The notes beneath the pieces are model-generated. The model saw nothing but the letters and a program-made list of their open reading frames with translations. It was not told the DNA's origin and did not search any database. Below, piece after piece: positions 12,310 through 26,429 of a stretch of 64,000 nucleotides of DNA (position 1 is its first letter; every line of letters begins with the position of its first letter). This DNA is from Octopus vulgaris (Eukaryota), in assembly GCA_951406725.2 (NCBI GenBank), contig OX597831.1:9796001-9860000 (forward strand). Reading direction: 5' to 3'. The translations under genes and the position numbers were made by a program.

Positions 12310-13974
12310 AGAGAGACAGAGACAGTGAGAGAAAGAGAGAGAGAGATTTCACTACATGAACGTATAGACTGAAAAGTACGTGACGAAAAAATGTGTTGCC
12401 AAAAATATTTAATTTACCGTAATAAACAATTATTATCCATGCACATTGTTTAAAGCAGTAACAGTTAATCAAATTGATTAGCTGCTAACATACTTTAATT
12501 CGTGCTAATTGCAGTAAATATCTATTAATTATACACCCTTGGGTGAGCAGAACCATCTGCGTGTACATGTCTCTATGTATGCATGTATGTATGGACGTAC
12601 GAACGTCTCTCTGTCTGTATGTTTGTATGTATGTTTTTATGTATGTATGTATCCACGTACGTATGTTTGTATGTACTTATGACTTTATATATTCATTATA
12701 TATGTGAGTGTGTGTGTGTGCGTGTAATAAACATATCAATATAAGCGTGTGTACATTAAGAGAGAATATGCTAATTACGCACATTTAGTATCTTATTGTC
12801 TTCTGTTCTCTGATGGCCGTTTACTCAGTCCATATGTGAAGCTAACATATGCATTGTTTGCTGCAAATTTTTAGAAAACTACCGGTTTTTGCGCACGGAT
12901 CTAATCCCTTATTCCTTCAATTATGATTCGATTTTGGCTCTTTTTCTTTTATTGGATTTCCCTGGCATAAATGGTTACATGTATAAGTGTGCATGTTTTA
13001 GTCAGCCTATATATGTGAGCCCATGAACAACGTATGTATATATTTGGTTTTAAATGATTCTTAAAAAAAAGAGAACCGGAAAATTAAAAAAAGAAATACA
13101 GAAAATCTGATAAAAGCAAAACAAACGGAATATTTTGACAAAACCAAACATGGAAAATTCGCTGCTAATTCTTCATCAGTCAACGTTCAAGAGTTCATAA
13201 TAGTTTCGTGCCGTTACCGTTCAGACTACCCCCTCATTGGAGACGCCAGTACGAAAAAGTCACTGGGAATAACTAACGAACATACGGGACAATGACGAAT
13301 GCAAACTTGACAAACTACAATAATTATAATATTTAGACATGCCAGCAAAACGACCGCCTACCGGACGGTTTTCTTATAGCCACTTTATATTTTTCACATT
13401 TCATTCCCAATTATAATATTTTCTATCATATTTTACGTATAATTACTTCCTTGTATAATAGTGCGCACTTGCTTAGTAAATATTGCGTTCATTATTTTAT
13501 CAGTCATAATTTCCTTTTTTAAGCAAACATCATGGTAGTCCCTCAACAGAGAGGGTAGCAGATTGTCAAGTTGTATCTTTCCCTTAAAGCAACAGAGATT
13601 TCAGTTCAGCATTTCTTCTGTAAGCTCTGCAGTGGGTGTGCGAGAGAGAGAGGTGGGGAACATTGCAATCAATCAATGAAATAAACATGAAAGGATAAAT
13701 TGTATAAATAAAGGGGCATTACTACAGATGTATACTCAGCCGAAATTGTTACCTCATAACATTCAGAAAAATGGATCATTTTTAACACAATTTTCCACAA
13801 ATGCCGCTTAGATGTTTTGGCTTCAGTTATATAGGGATCTATGGGAAAGACGTTTTTCGAGGAGGAGAGAGGAGGTTCAAAATATTCACAAGATCTGACT
13901 TTTTCCTTCATAACTTTTAAAGAAATTTTATACAAATCCCATTCGGGGTAGATTACGAATATAAAGATTACGAA

Positions 13975-14590
13975 CAAAAACGTTAATATTTTCAGAGGGA
14001 AAGTGATTAAACAGAGATTTGGTTGTTGTTTCTAGCACATCCAAAAATAAACCTCCTCGTTTCTTTCTCACTATCACATGTATTGACGTTTTACAATATC
14101 CCCCCTCCCCATAAATATATTTATATGATTTGAAACAGAAAATTTGAGAAATTTTGAATTTTTTGGAACCCCATCGTTTCTGTTTAGAAATGAAACTACA
14201 GAAGATCTTGAGAAGGTCACTGCAGGCATTTATCCACAGTAAATTAAAAATAAAAAGATTTAATGAAACGATAATTAATTTTAATAACATACAGTTTTGT
14301 TTGAAGATTTTTTTCTTACACACAGACACACGTCTTCGCTGATTGAGATTTGGGTAAAAATTTAGATTACGTTTTTGATTTTGTTTATATTCAACCAATG
14401 GACCACACGTGTGTTACTTCAGCATCATCATTCCCTAAAATGTGTTTAATGGAAGAGAAATATTGAAAGAACATCAATACATGTGAGAGCGAAAACGGAT
14501 GGTGGTTTAGGTTGTGCTAGACACAACAGTGAAACCACCCTTTGAGTTGTTCACCTTTTCCTCCGAAAATACTTTTTTTTTACCGAAAAG
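13975..14590. repeat. Diverged long inverted repeat (arms about 13975-14130 and 14440-14590), probable DNA-transposon relic
   Basis: tcacatgtattgacgttttacaatat vs atattgaaagaacatcaatacatgtga; gttgtttctagcaca vs tgtgctagacacaac; attttcagagggaaagtga vs tcaccttttcctccgaaaat. Confidence 0.65.
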
Positions 14591-15733
14591 GCTACTCCCC
14601 CTGGATTTTAAATTAAAAAACAAAATGGCCCAAATCGGAAGGGACAGTTATTATTGTAAGCCGTATAGCGTTCGAAGCAGCCATAACAAGAAAACCACTT
14701 CTTAATTGTTTTCACAAAATTTATATCAGTATATTAAAAATAAATCGATTCAATAAATAATGGTTTTTACATTACGAATTTCATTAATAGAATAAACTGT
14801 GGGTTTTCCAATTAGCAAATTAAAATTTGAAATGAAAACATTGAAATAGAGTGAGAGACTTTGCAAATGAAAGTAAAATACTCCGTAGTTGAATTCAGCG
14901 CATATTTAATTTTGTGAAAAACTGAAGTTCAAACTTCAATAAAGTTCAGAAACCGAAATTATAGGAAATTTCTTGGGACATGGTTCAATAAAACTTTCGA
15001 GACAGTCAAACCTTTAATAGTTGCTGTCTTTCAATAAATTTAGTAACTGTTACGTATCTAATTAATAAGCAGCTTTCTTTATCGTAATATATGTAAAAGA
15101 AGGAAAACCGCACGGCTGTCAGATAGAGAAACGTGGGTAAAGCAAAGGGAAAGAAGTGCCTTAAAGTGCTGAAGACACAAGAAGGGCCGGACGAAGAAAG
15201 AAAAATAAACCGTGTGGGTAAATTTAAGGGGCACGGAAAAGGGTGACCGACCAAGTAGGTTGTCAAAGGAAATAGAACGACAGAGGGGTAATTTTTATAC
15301 TTACGTATTTTAACGAGTTGTGGCTGTTTACCACCGCATCGGATACATCTGCACGGGCCGGATCCTCCTGAACCAGTCGAGGAGTGTCCCACTCGTGAGA
15401 CATCGATGTGTCGAGACTATTGTTTTGATTAATAATAAATTCCATCTTCCGTCTTTCATTTGCCATACGCATGCACGCACGCACGCACGCACACACAAAC
15501 ACAGACACACACACACGCGCTGTATTTGTGTTACTGAATTCCTTGCTCTGTTTAACGTCACTGACTGAGTCACTTATGTATGTATGTGTGTGCATGTAAA
15601 TACATGTATACGTGTGTTTGTGTATATATACATATACACAAATATGTGTATAGATAAATTTATATATATGTATATATGTACATAATTTTGATTGTATGCA
15701 CATATATATTGTATATACGTATATATATATACA

Positions 15734-15764
<31 letters not shown>

Positions 15765-16521
15765 GTGTGTGTGTGTGTGTGTGTGTTTGTAATTATAGTC
15801 CTGTCAAAAAATGACACTGAACTTTATAAATTATATATGTATGAAAATCAAGATACGACCTTTGAAGTGAAATCCCTGCTTGTCGTCATAATTAATTATG
15901 CGATATAATTAGATGTTTGAATTAGATATATTCTGCGAAACAACAGAATCATTAAATATTAGAGTTCGATTAATTATCTAGGCGTTCCATTCGATCCCTG
16001 TTGCCTGTATAATTTATAACGATTATATTTTTCTTTGTCCTTTATTTTAATTTTCATTCAAATACCCGTACGTTTAATACACCTTGTGGAAATAAAATAT
16101 AAAAAAATCTTGCACCAGATATATGTGCATTTTATAATTTCGCTTAGGCGTTGTAATACAAATAAATAATGACTAGGTGGAAATCAATATCTTTCTGTTT
16201 TACGCTCAAGCATGCACAGAGTACTGAGCCGATTGCCAATATGTCTGATTAAGACACAGCATATTGAAGTTATACTCATTTACCAGCCGAGTGCTTCTTA
16301 GAGGCCAACCATAAGACAGTGAACATTATGGCGTACTTCCCTCTTTTATGATATTTTACATATGTTTATGTAAAAACGTATTTGATTGTATTTTCACATA
16401 CCTTTAAAGTATGATTTTTTAATGACATTTCAAACTTCGGATTAACATCATACCTAGGCCTCATTTCAGTGGATTCGGCAGAAGAAAACGGAACGAAGCC
16501 CGTCTCATATATATATATATA

Positions 16522-16812
16522 TTTAGGAATGGTCATTTTGCAAGTTTAGCCAATAAAAACAGCCTTGATTAAAAACGCCTACATCTACTTTGTGTAGTTT
16601 GCCCAGGCTTTTTGGGAGAATATTTAAAGGTTGTGCGCCCCTGAAACACAGCCTGTTGCAGTAACTGGTCTTGAAGCATGATGGCGTTGCTGGGATCTTT
16701 GACACTATGCAGTGTCGTCCCGTTCTGGGATTGGTGTAGCTTTCAATGCTAAAATTTGGCACAATTCCATCCAGGATCTTCCAGATGTATATTACTACAT
16801 ACCTCTCCCGCC
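16522..16812 (-). mobile_element. LINE 3' fragment (CR1/L2-group-like ORF2 C-terminus)
   Basis: RRERYVVIYIWKILDGIVPNF...GRHC...LCFRGAQPLNILPKSL; flanked by (TA)n. Confidence 0.7.
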
Positions 16813-16819
16813 TAGTATG

Positions 16820-16878
<59 letters not shown>

Positions 16879-18785
16879 GTATATAAATGAATATAAATTT
16901 ATAAATATTTAAATGTCGATATTATCAAGTGGCCAGCATGGGAATAAATACCATACACATGTAATAATTTTTTACAACTATAAATAAGGGTATCTGAGAG
17001 ACACTACCATGCCGAAATAGCAGTCAAAACTGACTCTAAAAACCACCTTAAATGTTCATATCGCACCATGAGATAAGACAAAACATACTAGCAAAAAGAT
17101 ATTACTGGATAATGCAAGATCCTGGATTTCTAGCTTTGCTTCAAATAAGCTCTGCCTTCATCAGTTGAATATACCAGATGGGCACATAAATACAAATATA
17201 TATATATATACAGAACACACGTTATACTTACATATACGAACGTCCATACATAGTTCAAGGCCAGTTCAAATTGCCGTGTGGGCGTCAATATAAAGCACCA
17301 GCCAAGTACTAAGGTTGATGGATGGCATCAAGTAACACCAACACTTCAAACTTTCTCGTTGTTCCAAAGTCAGAAGGAATTATTATGAATATTTTCGTTT
17401 GTGACGTTCTAATACTCTTAATTCTTTGTCTCCGTAACTTTTGAGTAGCGTTTGCATCTATTCATTTCAGTTTTCTTTTTTCTTTCTTAATTTACAATTA
17501 TTGATTCGAATGTTATTCCTAAGCATTATTTCTGCAAGCCTATGTTTATTTTCGTATGCAGAGACAACGCATGTCAAGGACGTACGACGTTCTATAATTT
17601 TGTCATTATCTTTCAATGAATCTTGAATTTATAGTTAGAGAAAGCTTCTTGTCATTATGTTTACTTCAGGGTCTTTCTTTTGTAATCGAGAAACGACATC
17701 TTTCTAAGTTGAAGGAATTATCTTATGCAAGAATTATATGCATATAAATTCATCTGATCTTGTGCATGTGTGGACGACTGTGTATGTCTGTGCATTGTAT
17801 GTGTTTGTATGTGGGTTTGTGTGTGTATGTACACGCAGAAAAATGCTTTTTTTTGCAACACAATTCAACAGAAGTTATTGACTTTATGTTGAGCGTCACA
17901 CTGTGATCTGATATCACAGTTGCGTTCTAAACGTAATATCCAAACAAAGTGAGGCTACATTATTAGGATCGTATAAAATTTCTTCCAAACTCTTCCTTTT
18001 TTAAACTCCCACTAAATTATATTCAAACCGTGTAGCTCTGATGTGATGTAGTTTTGCATGTTAATGAACGAAACTTGCATTAGCTTTTTCTAGAAATTTA
18101 TAATAAAGAAGTAACCAGCGTTTCATTCACAGAATTTTACCCAACAGAATGCGTCCATAGCCAGTAAAAACGTAGGACAGAACTATATCAGTTGTCATGA
18201 AAATCAGCAAAGACAACTTACACAAAGCCCTATTTGGTCCTGCAGTCTACTAGAAAGAGCAGCCAAATCTCCCTGAAAATACACTATAACGTGTAAAACA
18301 GAGAAAAGAAGAATATTATATGATGTTTTTGATGGTAATCATTTTCCCATTCGTAATTAGATGAACACATTATACGTATTAATAACAAACAAAAGTTCCG
18401 AGTAATATTTAAGATACCGTAAAAAAGCACTTAGTGTCGTTGTAAACTACAGAAGACTATATTTGATAAAAATAGTGTTATCCAAATTTGAAATACTTCA
18501 AGCGGTAGTAATTTAACAAGATTCAATTGATACGAAAATGGGTTACGTAATATCGGAATAATTACAAATTCAAACGTTAATATTTTGAATGCATTACATA
18601 TGTACGTGTAGAAGAGATTTTCATAAAATACCGATTGATTAATTGAACTTTCGTCATTCAAAATTTCAAAATGTAAACATATATGAAAATTTGACTTATA
18701 TATAGCAGCTCTCCTGACAGAATCAGAAAACCCGATAGAACAGAGGGAAGGAGAGGGTAAAATAAGAGAGGCAGAGAAAGAGATG

Positions 18786-18852
<67 letters not shown>

Positions 18853-18865
18853 TATATATACTGTA

Positions 18866-19255
18866 ACTCTTTTACTTGTTTCAGTTATTTGACTGCGGCC
18901 ATGCTGGAGCACCGCCTTTAGTCGAAAAAATCGACCCCGGGAATTATTCTTTGTAAGCCCAGTACTTATTTTATCGGTCTCTTTTGTCGAACCGCTAAGT
19001 TACGGGGACGTAAACACACCAGCATCGGTTGTCAAGCAATGCTAGGGGGACAAACACAGATACACAAACATATACACACACACTTATATATATATATATA
19101 TATACATATATACGATAGGCTTCTTTCACAAGTCATTGGTCGGCCCGGGGATATAGCAGAAGACACTTGCCCAAGATGCCACGCAGTGGGACTGAACCCG
19201 GAACCATGTGGTTGGTTGGTTAGCAAGCTACTTACCACACAGCCACTCCTGCGCC
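18866..19255 (-). mobile_element. SINE family A, near full length (tRNA-like head, CORE-like cttgggcaagt, internal TA/TG microsatellite)
   Basis: ggcgcaggagtggctgtgtggtaag (A box) ... ggttcagtcccac (B box) ... cttgggcaagtgtcttc ... cagcatggccgcagtcaaataactgaaacaagtaaaagag. Confidence 0.9.
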
Positions 19256-19390
19256 TATATAAATTTACAACATAAATGAAGACGTTATAATTACACTATA
19301 TATTTACTTCAAAAATACTTAAAATATTAAAAATAGCAAAAATACAAAAATAAATCTATATATGAAGGAAACATTTACTGGTTTTTATAA

Positions 19391-19425
<35 letters not shown>

Positions 19426-20251
19426 AATACGCACATACGTATGCACATATGTACACACACATACAAAATTTTGGCATATGCATATGTATGTTTATAGATA
19501 TATCTACGCATGTATATATACATACATATATGTTTGCGTGTGTGTGTGTGTACAGATAGAAAGTTGGAGAGAGAGTATACCCACACACATGCATACACGG
19601 ATATATGTAGATGCACACACAAACATACATATAAACACAAATATATACATAGATACCTACACACGCAGAGGGCCGCACGCATTTAAGTGTTTGCATTCAT
19701 ATAAACGTTTATTACAATAATATATAAAAAATGGATTAACAACCGTAAAAGGATGACACCGTTTGTTGGAGAGGTACAGAGGATGATGAGAGGAAATAAA
19801 ATAGAAATAGAATGAAATAAAATAAATTGGATAAGATAAAGCAAAGGTCGTAGAGTACAAGGAGGTTCAATGTGCTGCGTTAGGTTCATGGATATATGTT
19901 TTTTTTTTAATACACCATGGATATAAAATCTTTAAAGTTTTCTGGATATAAAAGCTTTAAAAGTTTCAATTTTTTAAAAAAGTTTTAAAAGATTAAGTAT
20001 GTATAAAATATTAGTGGATAAAGAATAGGTATAAAAGTTGATAGGGAGGTAGATAGAGAAGCAGATACATAGATAGATACATATCGAGATGTGGAAATAT
20101 AGACAGACAGATAAACAGATCGACAGATAGACAAACAGACAGTCAGGCAGATAGATAGATAAATAGATAGATATCAGGTTGAGTAAGAAGTAATCAACCT
20201 TTTCAAACACGAAATTCATCACAATATACTTCAACAATGTGGAAATTTTAT

Positions 20252-21225
20252 TCATGAAAAGTAAGTACCATTCAAATCAACACATTTTCGCCAACGAGTT
20301 ATAACTTTGTATATTCCGGTAACATAAGAATCTAGAGTTCTGGGACTGGTGAACTCTTTGAAGGGACTTTCAGCATCGGTTTGAGTTTCGAACTCCTTCT
20401 CTCACAGGAAACCATCAAGGTGGTTGATAAAGTGGTAGTCGTTAGAAGAAAAATCTTGGGAATAACCTGGTTGGGAAGAACTTCTTAGTCAAGATCCCTC
20501 AACTTCTGGAGCAGCATTAGTGAAATGTGTGGTCGAGAATTGTCAGGAAAAATGACTGACCTTCTGGGATGGAGGAATAGCAATTTTCCAATTATTTTGG
20601 AAATTTCATGGCCATATTTTTCTGCAGTTATGTCCCCACCCCCCAGGTTTTAAGAACTTATAATGGATAGGTCCAGCAGAACACCATCAAACAGTCACCA
20701 TAACCTTCTTTTTGAAGAGATCTGGTTTAGGGAACGTGTTTTATTATTGTATAGAATTCACTTTTCATCGCAATTACAATACGGCCAAGAAACAGATCGT
20801 TCTGGTTACGGGGAAGAAGCAACGAGCAAATGTCACTTCTGCGCAATTTCTGATTTTCATTCCAATCGCGTGGTACCCATTTGTGGAGCTTTTTTCATAT
20901 TCCGATCGCATGCAGATGGTTGCAGGCATTTTTCTGGCTAACTTGAAGTCCTTTTTCCAGTTTACGAGTGGTTTTACTTGGATCTTTCTCAATGACAGTC
21001 ATTAATTGATTGTCATCGATGATAGATGGGAGTCCACTACGTCCACAATTTTCAAGGTTCAGTTCTCCCTTGAGAAATCGTTTAAACCATTTTCGGACAG
21101 ACCACTCACTCACCATTTCCTCGCCAAACGTTCCGTTGATATCGCGAACAGATTCAACTGCTTTACGTCCTTTTTTTGGAGTTCAAGAGCAAAATTGCTC
21201 GAATATCGCGCTTTGATATTTTCAT
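20252..21225 (-). pseudogene. Mariner (DD34D-type) transposase, full length but with stops and frameshifts
   Basis: MKISKRDIRAILL..KAVESVRDINGTFGEEMVSEWSVRKWFKRF..LENCGRSGLP (HTH); KVMVTV*W; DNSRPH; YSQDFSSNDYHFINHLDGFL (YSPDLxPxDY-like); GIYKVITRWRKCVDLNGTYFS*. Confidence 0.9.
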
Positions 21226-21439
21226 CTCAGATGATGGTAACAATGGTGAAAAACAAAACACCAATGTTAATTAATTGATGCATTTGGGCAAGTCTATGTA
21301 TGTATTATCAGACAATTGAAAAAAAAAATGTTTAAGAAAATTCATAACTCTGTAAAAATTCGGTACAAATTCTTCATGGTTCTAAATGTTTCTTACTGTT
21401 TATTAAACCTGATAGATACAAAGATAGTCCGGTAGGTAG

Positions 21440-21547
21440 TTAGAAGGAGAAATTGTTTACCCAACATGAGGGTGAAACAGGATGGCGACTGCGAGCGAAT
21501 TTCGTCGACGGAAAACTTGTGGAAGTCTATATATATATGTGTGTGTG

Positions 21548-21593
<46 letters not shown>

Positions 21594-21790
21594 TGTGTGT
21601 GTATTTGCGCTCATCCCTACCAGCTCTTCATAAAGGGTACTTGTTTGATTTCGCGCTAGCAGATTTGCAGTGCGGCAAGTAGGACGTAAAAATAGAAGTA
21701 GTGGGGTATACTGGGGTCAATTTGTTTACTACAAAACATTGAAAGTGGTGCCCCAGCGTGAGCGTAGTCCATTAACTACAAGTAATAAAA
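21440..21790 (+). mobile_element. SINE family A, degenerate
   Basis: gacggaaaacttgtggaag..(TG)n..tactggggtcaatttg..ggtgccccagcgtg..caagtaataaaa. Confidence 0.55.
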
Positions 21791-22123
21791 CAAACTATAC
21801 AAACATATAAATAGTTCCTGGATGCATTTATGTATATATATATATATATATATATATGCATGAATATGTGTGTTATACCAGCATATAAGTAAAATCATTT
21901 TGCCGTACGCATACCTACATAAAAAAATGAATAGATAAATACACAAATCTATGATTAAGTGACATCCAAATGAAAACGGGTTTACAATGAACACTTAAAA
22001 GGGTGGGAAGAAGGCGAGGAAAGTTGTATAATATGAACTAATCTATTATATATAATTTTGTTTTGAAATTCGCAAATGTAACCTCTTTCTCTCTCTCTCT
22101 CTCCCTCTTTGTCTGTGTATGTT

Positions 22124-22187
<64 letters not shown>

Positions 22188-23598
22188 CACACATATATGT
22201 ACATATACATATATATATGTTTGTGCGTGTGGCTTTTGTATATGTGTATATATATATATATATACTTACATATGTATGCAATCATTATGTAGAGGTATCT
22301 ATATACACACACATACATTGATAGGCGTGGTATCATAAGAGTAAGCGTGAGTGCTTGTGTGTGGGTATGTATGTATGATTGTTTTTGTGGGTGCATATGT
22401 GCACGTTTATATATATATATATATATATATATACAGATACATATATACATATATATATGTATGTATGTATGTGTGTGTGTATGTAATTGTGCTCGTGGAA
22501 TCTAACTTAAGCCAAACAAACTCAGTAAACATTAATAGAAATTTTAAATAGCTATCTGCAACCATAAAACATCAAGTCAACAACATTAGTTGGAGAATAT
22601 GAAATTTTTATTCCAACTAAAAATAAACGCTTAATCGCATTACACAATGATGCATTACAAAAATGTGGATTTTTCAGACAAAACACAATACTTACAAAAT
22701 ATAAGAAACAGACCAACAACAAAATAAAAGACAGAAACAGCGGAGAAAAATTAATCTAGTACATATTAGCGACCAATATAGCTGGAAATTGTCTGTCTGT
22801 TGTTGATAGAGAACTTTTTTATAAATCATGAAAATGCATTAACCGACCAACCACACATACTATGATAGTAAATGTTTGTTTCGAGCAGATAGATATATCA
22901 GTGAAATATCCTTCATAGTATATCCTACCGAATTACAAGGGAAAGACATATTGGTTTATGTAGTTCCAGATGCACAAACCACGGAATTAAAAGTGTTGTG
23001 AATAGTTGGAAATCTTGCGATTATATTTCTGAATAAACTTTGGGTTAATCGACAAAAACAATGATGGGTTAGTAAATAAAACAAAAAGAAACAAAGCAAC
23101 TTCAGAACGGCATAAAATTGCAGGAAATATATACTCATTCGAAAACCGTAGCTGTACTATAAGTAAACCTACTTAAAGATTGCCACAGCAACGTTCAAAA
23201 TACAAACGTGATGCTACAACAGTCTATATTCCAATGAATATAATTGTAATATATCGCTTGTGTCAGAATGAGAAACGTGTAATCTCTGAAACATACACAA
23301 AGCTTCTGCAAAAGAAATGTTTCCCATCGCGATAAAACGGCGTCTCAAAGTTTGTTTACGTTGTACAGTAAGTACATTTGTTGTGTCAATATATTTATTT
23401 TAATATTGTATTATTTTTCTAAATGTCATGTCACTCAATATACATTTTCTCTTATTGCTTTATTATTATTATTCTTGTTTATCTTTGAAATGAAAGCATG
23501 TTTTAATGCCCTGCTCTACTGTAGGCCGACATTGATTTTGACCTATAAATGCTGACGGAAAAGGTAGTTCATATCCCTGGTTTTGACTTATAAATATT

Positions 23599-23983
23599 TA
23601 TTTCTTTACTGCCTACAGGAGTCTAAAAATAGAGGGGAAAAACAAGGACAGTCAAAAGGATTAAGTCGTTTACATGGATACCAGTGTTTCACTGGTGCAA
23701 AATCGACCTCGGCGGAATTTGAACTCAGAAAGTAACGGCAGACGAAATACCTGTTTCTTTACTACCCACAAGGGGCTAAACACAGAGAGGACAAACAAGG
23801 ACAGACAAACGGATTCAGTCGATTATATCGACCCCAGTGCGCAACTGGTACTTATTTAATCGACCCCGAAAGGATGAAAGGTAAAGTCGACCTCGGCGGA
23901 ATTTGAACTCGGAACGTAACGGCAGACGAAATACCTCTAAGCATTTCGTCCGGCATGCTGACGTTTCTGCCAGCTCGCTGACC
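23599..23983 (-). mobile_element. SINE family B with perfect 18-bp target-site duplication
   Basis: ttttgacttataaatatt at 23581-23598 and 23984-24001; family body with internal duplication. Confidence 0.9.
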
Positions 23984-24882
23984 TTTTGACTTATAAATAT
24001 TGATAGAAAAAGAATACATTGAAACGCCTTTGTATTCAAAATTAATTATAGGGCCACTTAGGAGAAACTCGTCCTGCAACCTATACGCAGCAGCAGCAGA
24101 TAAAATTGTCTCAAAATTCCTAGTATGTTCCTCAGTTACATACACATCGTACACTGAATCTTAGTCTAGAAAATGTCTTGCATTCAGCCATATTGTCTAC
24201 ACAACAAGCAACAAGAGCAGCTGCTCAGAAATATCGTCACGTCGTTGCATATCGCATGTTTTATGAATGACTTTATTGCATCAAATTGACTTCTGATATT
24301 TTCCTGATGTATCGCCCAATGATCGCCACATTTCTTGTTTCATTTGTGGTCGAGTGTTTAAGAAGTTCTCTTCACTTTCCCTACCCAGTCTTGTAACATC
24401 CAAATCGATCAGTTTTGCAATAAAGATTACCGAAATAAGTGTTTTGTATAACTAAAGCCGGGAGTTGAATAACTTAATGGCTATAAACAAATCAGAGAAG
24501 TGATAAGTTATTTTCGATCTTCCATAACATGTAAAAACGAGCACTGCTTGTTTAAAAATACCAATATCATTATTTCTATATTGATAGCATTCTAATATAT
24601 TTTGTGTGAAATATAAAGGTCTCCCTCTATTCTTCTAGATATTGTGCTGCTTTTCGTTGAGACTGTGTCACTGTCAATAAGTAATAACAGTGTAGGGAAA
24701 GACCATTTTTTTCGAAGAGTTAGAGAACTTAACAATATGTATTTGATTTTCTATTTTAACTTCAAATCCTGTTGAATAATGTTAATGGGTTCACCAAATT
24801 TGGTTTAGCTAGACTCATTTCCTTAATAGTCATAAACGAGTCATAAATCTGCCACTTAATAGCCGAAAAAGTAATATAGTAT

Positions 24883-24962
24883 TGTATGTATGTATGTATG
24901 TATGTATGTATGTATGTATGTATGTATGTATGTATGTATGTATGTATGTATGTATGTATGTA
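24883..24962. repeat. (TATG)n microsatellite
   Basis: Read directly; a similar array lies at about 25930-26057. Confidence 0.95.
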
Positions 24963-25853
24963 TATCTTGCGTATGAATAAAAGGGAAACAATTTAAGCCC
25001 TGTCTTTGAAATGAGCTGCAAATTTTTATACAGCGTATGTAAATGAATTATTATTAAAACGAATGCAACTAACATAAATATTTACAGTAATTGTTCCAAA
25101 GTTGTAAAAGCAAAAATGGATGAACAAAAAACGTTTTATCTTCATAAAGATAATGAAGTCTGACTCGCAACCTATATTTAGAGGTTATCTGACGATGGAA
25201 GTATTCATTATTTGGATTAAGAATGAATCTGCTGTGCTCATATCTACATATAAACAATTAACCTTTTTGGCATATAAACTAAGAGTTTGCCGCTTCTTCC
25301 AAATGAACTGATATTTCAGAATTAAATACTTACATTTATCGCATGACGTTCGGGAAACACGAATCATTATCTTTCGACATGATGTGAATCAACAGCCATT
25401 GAAATGGTTCTATTATGAATCTGTCGACCCGACAAATTGCAGCTAACTGACTGTATACGGCTTACGTTATTACAGTTTCCATTTACTACATTCTATAAGA
25501 TATTAGTTTTGTTAGCGCTCAGCATTTAGAAACGTATAATTTTCTTAAATCATCTATCAATTAGAGGTGAAAGAGCTTTGTCGGTGGCGTGTAATACAAA
25601 ATTGTGAATGTGGTTAGGCTAGAACTCACATTCATGTTGTTGATGTGCCTTCCATGTCCCAAATTTCATTCCACCCCGTTGTGCATGCGGCGTTTTACTC
25701 AACTTTACCACTGACTGGGATAAATCAATAGATTGTAAGTGAAATTTGAATATTGAAAGTTCTGCAGAGGCAACTGTACACTCAAACACACATACGCAAA
25801 CGAACACGCACATATGTATACATAAATATATATGTATTTACATATGAACGTTT

Positions 25854-25896
<43 letters not shown>

Positions 25897-25980
25897 CGTC
25901 TCTTTCTCTCTCTCTCTCTCCCTGTCCTTATATATGCATGTATGTATGTATGCATGTATGTATGTATGCATGTATGTATG

Positions 25981-26014
<34 letters not shown>

Positions 26015-26059
26015 TGTATGTATGTATGTATGTATGTATGTATGTATGTATGTATACAA

Positions 26060-26281
26060 TTTATTTCTGTAATGAAGCGACCATAGATATCATGTTAAGA
26101 AAATATCTTAATATCTTTACAATTTTTGAAGCCGATCACATGTAGAAATGGTGTTCGTGTCTATTGTGGATGAAAAATTGGAGACGAGCACCATTGCTCC
26201 ATGTGATCGGTTAAAAAAATCTTTACGATATTAAGATATTTTAACCATGAAACCAATGGTAGCCTTAATACACGAATAAAA
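26060..26281. repeat. Palindromic insert of about 220 bp
   Basis: aaaatatcttaatatc/gatattaagatatttt; ccgatcacatg/catgtgatcgg; aatggtgttcgt/acgagcaccatt. Confidence 0.8.
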
Positions 26282-26372
26282 AAGTTCATCCACCAATGAG
26301 ATATTGAGCTCTCATTCTCATTGTCCGACATTTACGTATGTATATACATACACATACTATAAACACACACAT

Positions 26373-26429
<57 letters not shown>

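Noticed and set aside
19150-19255. tRNA gene (also at 36121, 55800, 56330 and 59106)
   Set aside because: A/B-box-like heads run straight into repeated SINE bodies and I could not fold a full cloverleaf
23600-23983. CRISPR-like or regularly spaced repeats
   Set aside because: The repeated blocks are internal SINE duplications and dispersed copies; no repeat-spacer periodicity and no cas genes
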